Shown in pieces: positions 61,020 to 64,000 of a stretch of 64,000 nucleotides of DNA (position 1 is the stretch's first letter; every line of letters starts with the position of its first letter). The DNA comes from Okamejei kenojei (taxonomy: Eukaryota). The stretch spans positions 25,544,001 through 25,608,000 of the forward strand of contig CM069150.1 of the NCBI GenBank assembly GCA_035221665.1, in the 5' to 3' direction. A model generated the notes under the pieces. That model saw nothing but the letters and a program-made list of their open reading frames with translations. It had not been told where the DNA came from and ran no database searches. A program made the translations under genes and the position numbers.

Positions 61020-62063
61020 CACCACAAAGGACATTCCTTCAGGAAGGAGATGGGAAGACATTTATTTAGTCAGAGCGTGGTGAATTTGTGGAATTATTTG
61101 CCACAGAAGACTGTGGAGGCCAAGTCAATGCATATTTTTCATTGCAGAGATAGATAGATCTTGATTAGTTTGGGTGTCAGGGGTTATGGGCAAGAGAATG
61201 GGGTTAGGACGGAGAGATAGATCAGCCATGATTGAATGGTGGAGTTTAATGCTGTTAAGTGTAAAGTGCTACATCTTGGCAGGACAAATCAAAATAGGAC
61301 GTACATGGTAAATGGTAGGGAATTGAGGAATGCTGTGGAACAGAGGGATCTAGGAATAACTGTGCATAGTTCCCTGAAGGTGGAATCGCATGTAGATAGG
61401 GTGGTAAAGAAAGCCTTTGGTGTGCTGGCCTTTATAAATCAGAGCATTGAATATAGGAGCAGGGAAGTAATGTTAAAATTGTACAAGGCATTGGTGAGAC
61501 CAATTCTGGAGTATGGTGTACAATTTTAGTCGCCTAATTATAGGAAGGATGTCAACAAAATAGAGAGAGTACAGAGGAGATTTACTAGAATGTTGCCAGG
61601 GTTCCAGCAACTATGTTACAGAGAAAGGTTGAACAAGTTAGGTCTTTATTCTTTGGAGCGCAGAAGGTTAAGGGGGGACTTGATTGAGGTCTTTAAAATG
61701 ATGAAAGGGATAGACAGAGTTGACGTGGATAAGCTTTTCCCATTGAGGGTAGGGAAGATTCAAACAAGAGGGCATGACATGAGAATTAAGGGACAGAAGT
61801 TTAGGGGTAACGTGAGGGGGATCTTCTTTACTCAGAGGGTGGTGGCTGTGTGGAATGAGCTTCCAGCAGAAGTGGTGGAGGCAGGATCGATTTTAACATT
61901 TAAAAGTAAAGTGGATAGGTATATGGACGTGAAGGGAATGGAGGGGTATGGTGTGAGTGCAGGTAGATGGGACTAGGGGAAAACAAATGGTCGCACGGAC
62001 TGGAAGGGCCGAGAGGGCCTGTTTCCGTGCTGTAATTGTTATATGGTTATATGGTTATATGGT
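61020..62063 (+). mobile_element. Old CR1 tail (61020-61240) fused to a young CR1 (61233-62063)
   Basis: ORFs 61236-61529 and 61590-61976, with a (ttatatgg)n tail. Confidence 0.93.
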
Positions 62064-62104
62064 TAAAATAGGCAAGATCTCTTTATTATTCCATGGGGAA
62101 AACA

Positions 62105-64000
62105 TATAGCATAGAACTGTACAGCACAAGAGCAGGCCCTTTGGTCACAATTTCTGTGCCAAACATAATGCCAAGACCAACTCTTATCTGCTTGCGCATA
62201 ATCCATATACCTCCATTCCCTGCATATCCATTTGCCTATCCAAAAGTCTCGTGCCACTTTTGTATCTGCCTCAGCCATCGACAGCGCATTCCAGATGCCC
62301 ACCACACTCTGAATAAAAAAACTTTCCCCGCAGATTTCCTTTAACTTTTGTCCCTCTCTCCTGAAAGCTATACATTCTAATATTTTTGATTTTTCCATAC
62401 TGGGAAAAAGTTCTGCTTGTCTACCCTGTCTATACCTCTATAATTTTATATACTGCTATCAGGTCTCCCCATAACCTCTGGCATTCCAGAGAAAACAATC
62501 TTATCTGTCCAATCTCTCTCTGTTGCTAATCCAGGCATCAGTCTAGTAAACCTCCTCTGCATCCTTCCCAAAGCCTCCATATCCTTCCTTTGATGGGGTG
62601 TCCAGAACTGTATATTCCATGTGCAGCCTAATCAGTCTTACAAAGCTGCACCATGACTTCCTAGTTCTTATACTGGGTGCTCCAGTTTCCTCCCACATTC
62701 CAAAGATGTGCAGGTTATTTTAGCTTCTGTAAATTGCTCTAGTGTGTAGAATTGAACTAATATATGGATGATTGCTTTTCATAGAAACATAGAAACATAG
62801 AAAATAGGTGCAGGAGTAAGCCATTCGGCCCTTCGAGCCTGCACCGCCATTCAATATGATCATGGCTGATCATTCAATTCAGTATCCTGTACCTGCCTTA
62901 TCTCCATACCCCCTGATCCCTTTAGCCACAGGGGCCACATCTAACTCCCTCTTAAATATAGCTAGTGAACAGGCCTCAGCTACCTTCTATGTCTGAGAAT
63001 TCCAGAGACTCACCACTCTCTGCGTGAAAAATGTTTTCCTCATCTCGGTCCTAAAGGAATTCCCCCTTATCCTTAAACTGTGACACCTTGTTCTGGACCT
63101 CCCCAACATCGGGAACAATCTTCCTGCATCTAGCCTGTCCAACACGTTAAGAATTTTGTATGTTTCTATAAGATCCCCCCTCAATCTTCTACATTTTAGC
63201 GAGTACCCAAGCCGAGTCTATCCAGTCTTTATATGAAAGTCCTGACATCCCAGGAATCAATCTGGTGAACCTTCTCTGTACCCCCTCTATGGCAAGAATG
63301 TCTTTCCTCAGATTTGGAGACCAAAACTGTATGCATATTCCAGGTGTGGTCTCACCAAAACCCTGTACAACTGCAGTAGAACCTCCCTGCTCTTATACTC
63401 AAATCATTTGCTATGAATGCTAACATACCATTCGCTTTCTTCACTGCCTGCTGCACCTGCATGCCTACTTTCAATGACTGGTGTACCATGACACCCAGGT
63501 CTCATTGCATCTCCCCTTTTCCTATTCGACCACCATTCAGATAATAGTCTACCCTCCTGTTTTTGCCACCAAAGTGGATAACCTCATATTTATCCACATA
63601 ATACTGCATCTGCCATGCATTTTCCCACTCACCCAGCCTATCCAAGTCACCTTGCAGCCTCCTAGCATCCTCCTCACACCTAACACTGCCCCCCAGCTTT
63701 GTGTCATCCATAAACTTGGAGATATTGCATTCAATTCCAAATCATTAATATATATTGTAAATAGCTGGGGTCCCAGCACTGAGCCTTGCGGTACCCCACT
63801 AGTCACTGCCTGCCATTCTGAAAAGGACCCGTTTACTCATACCCTTTGCTTCCTGTCTGCCAGCCAGTTCTCTATCCACATCAATACTGAACCCCCAATA
63901 CCTTCAATGAAAGTTTACTAAAGTTTATTGGTATTTACTACCCCCAATAACGTGTGCTTTAAGTTTGTATACCAATCTCTTATGTGGGACCTTGTCGAAA
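62105..64000 (-). mobile_element. CR1 fragments (62105-62670; 62780 to window end) with a V-SINE piece (~62672-62775, plus)
   Basis: [38 protein letters not shown] and a (ttctatgt)n tail. Confidence 0.9.

Noticed and set aside
1-64000. The many 60-140 aa ORFs as host genes
   Set aside because: They lack recognisable domains, or are TE fragments or antisense frames of TEs. I found no consistent exon chain.

Overview
Eukaryotic, AT-rich, transposon-dense DNA that looks intronic or intergenic. The repeat set (HE1-like V-SINEs, SacSINE1-like DeuSINEs, CR1/HER1 LINEs) points to a cartilaginous fish, probably a skate or ray; this is an inference. I recognise no host protein-coding exon, and most of the ORF track is noise or TE fragments. 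Main content: (1) A structurally complete but frame-disrupted DIRS1-type tyrosine-recombinase retrotransposon (17766-23084). It has gag, RT/RNase H, a Dam-like methyltransferase domain, YR, inverted termini and an internal complementary region (ICR) that encodes the circle junction. Its splice signals suggest RT and YR share one ATG through alternative splicing. (2) A Penelope-like element (38469-41946, minus strand; RT plus GIY-YIG) with an inverted pLTR, a 14-bp TSD and a hammerhead-like motif. It is nested in an L1 tail that is itself nested in a CR1, and about ten pLTR-derived fragments are scattered across the window. (3) Many CR1, L1/Tx1, Rex1 and RTE fragments, plus Harbinger-type and hAT/P-type MITEs, including a 33-bp TIR-only element. 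(4) Structure not explained by TEs: a ~120-bp long-range inverted repeat (5415-7101), a multi-jump templated insertion (44104-44731), an H/ACA-like double hairpin and several candidate conserved non-coding blocks. All alignments were done by eye and no database search was run. Boundaries of old repeats are approximate.
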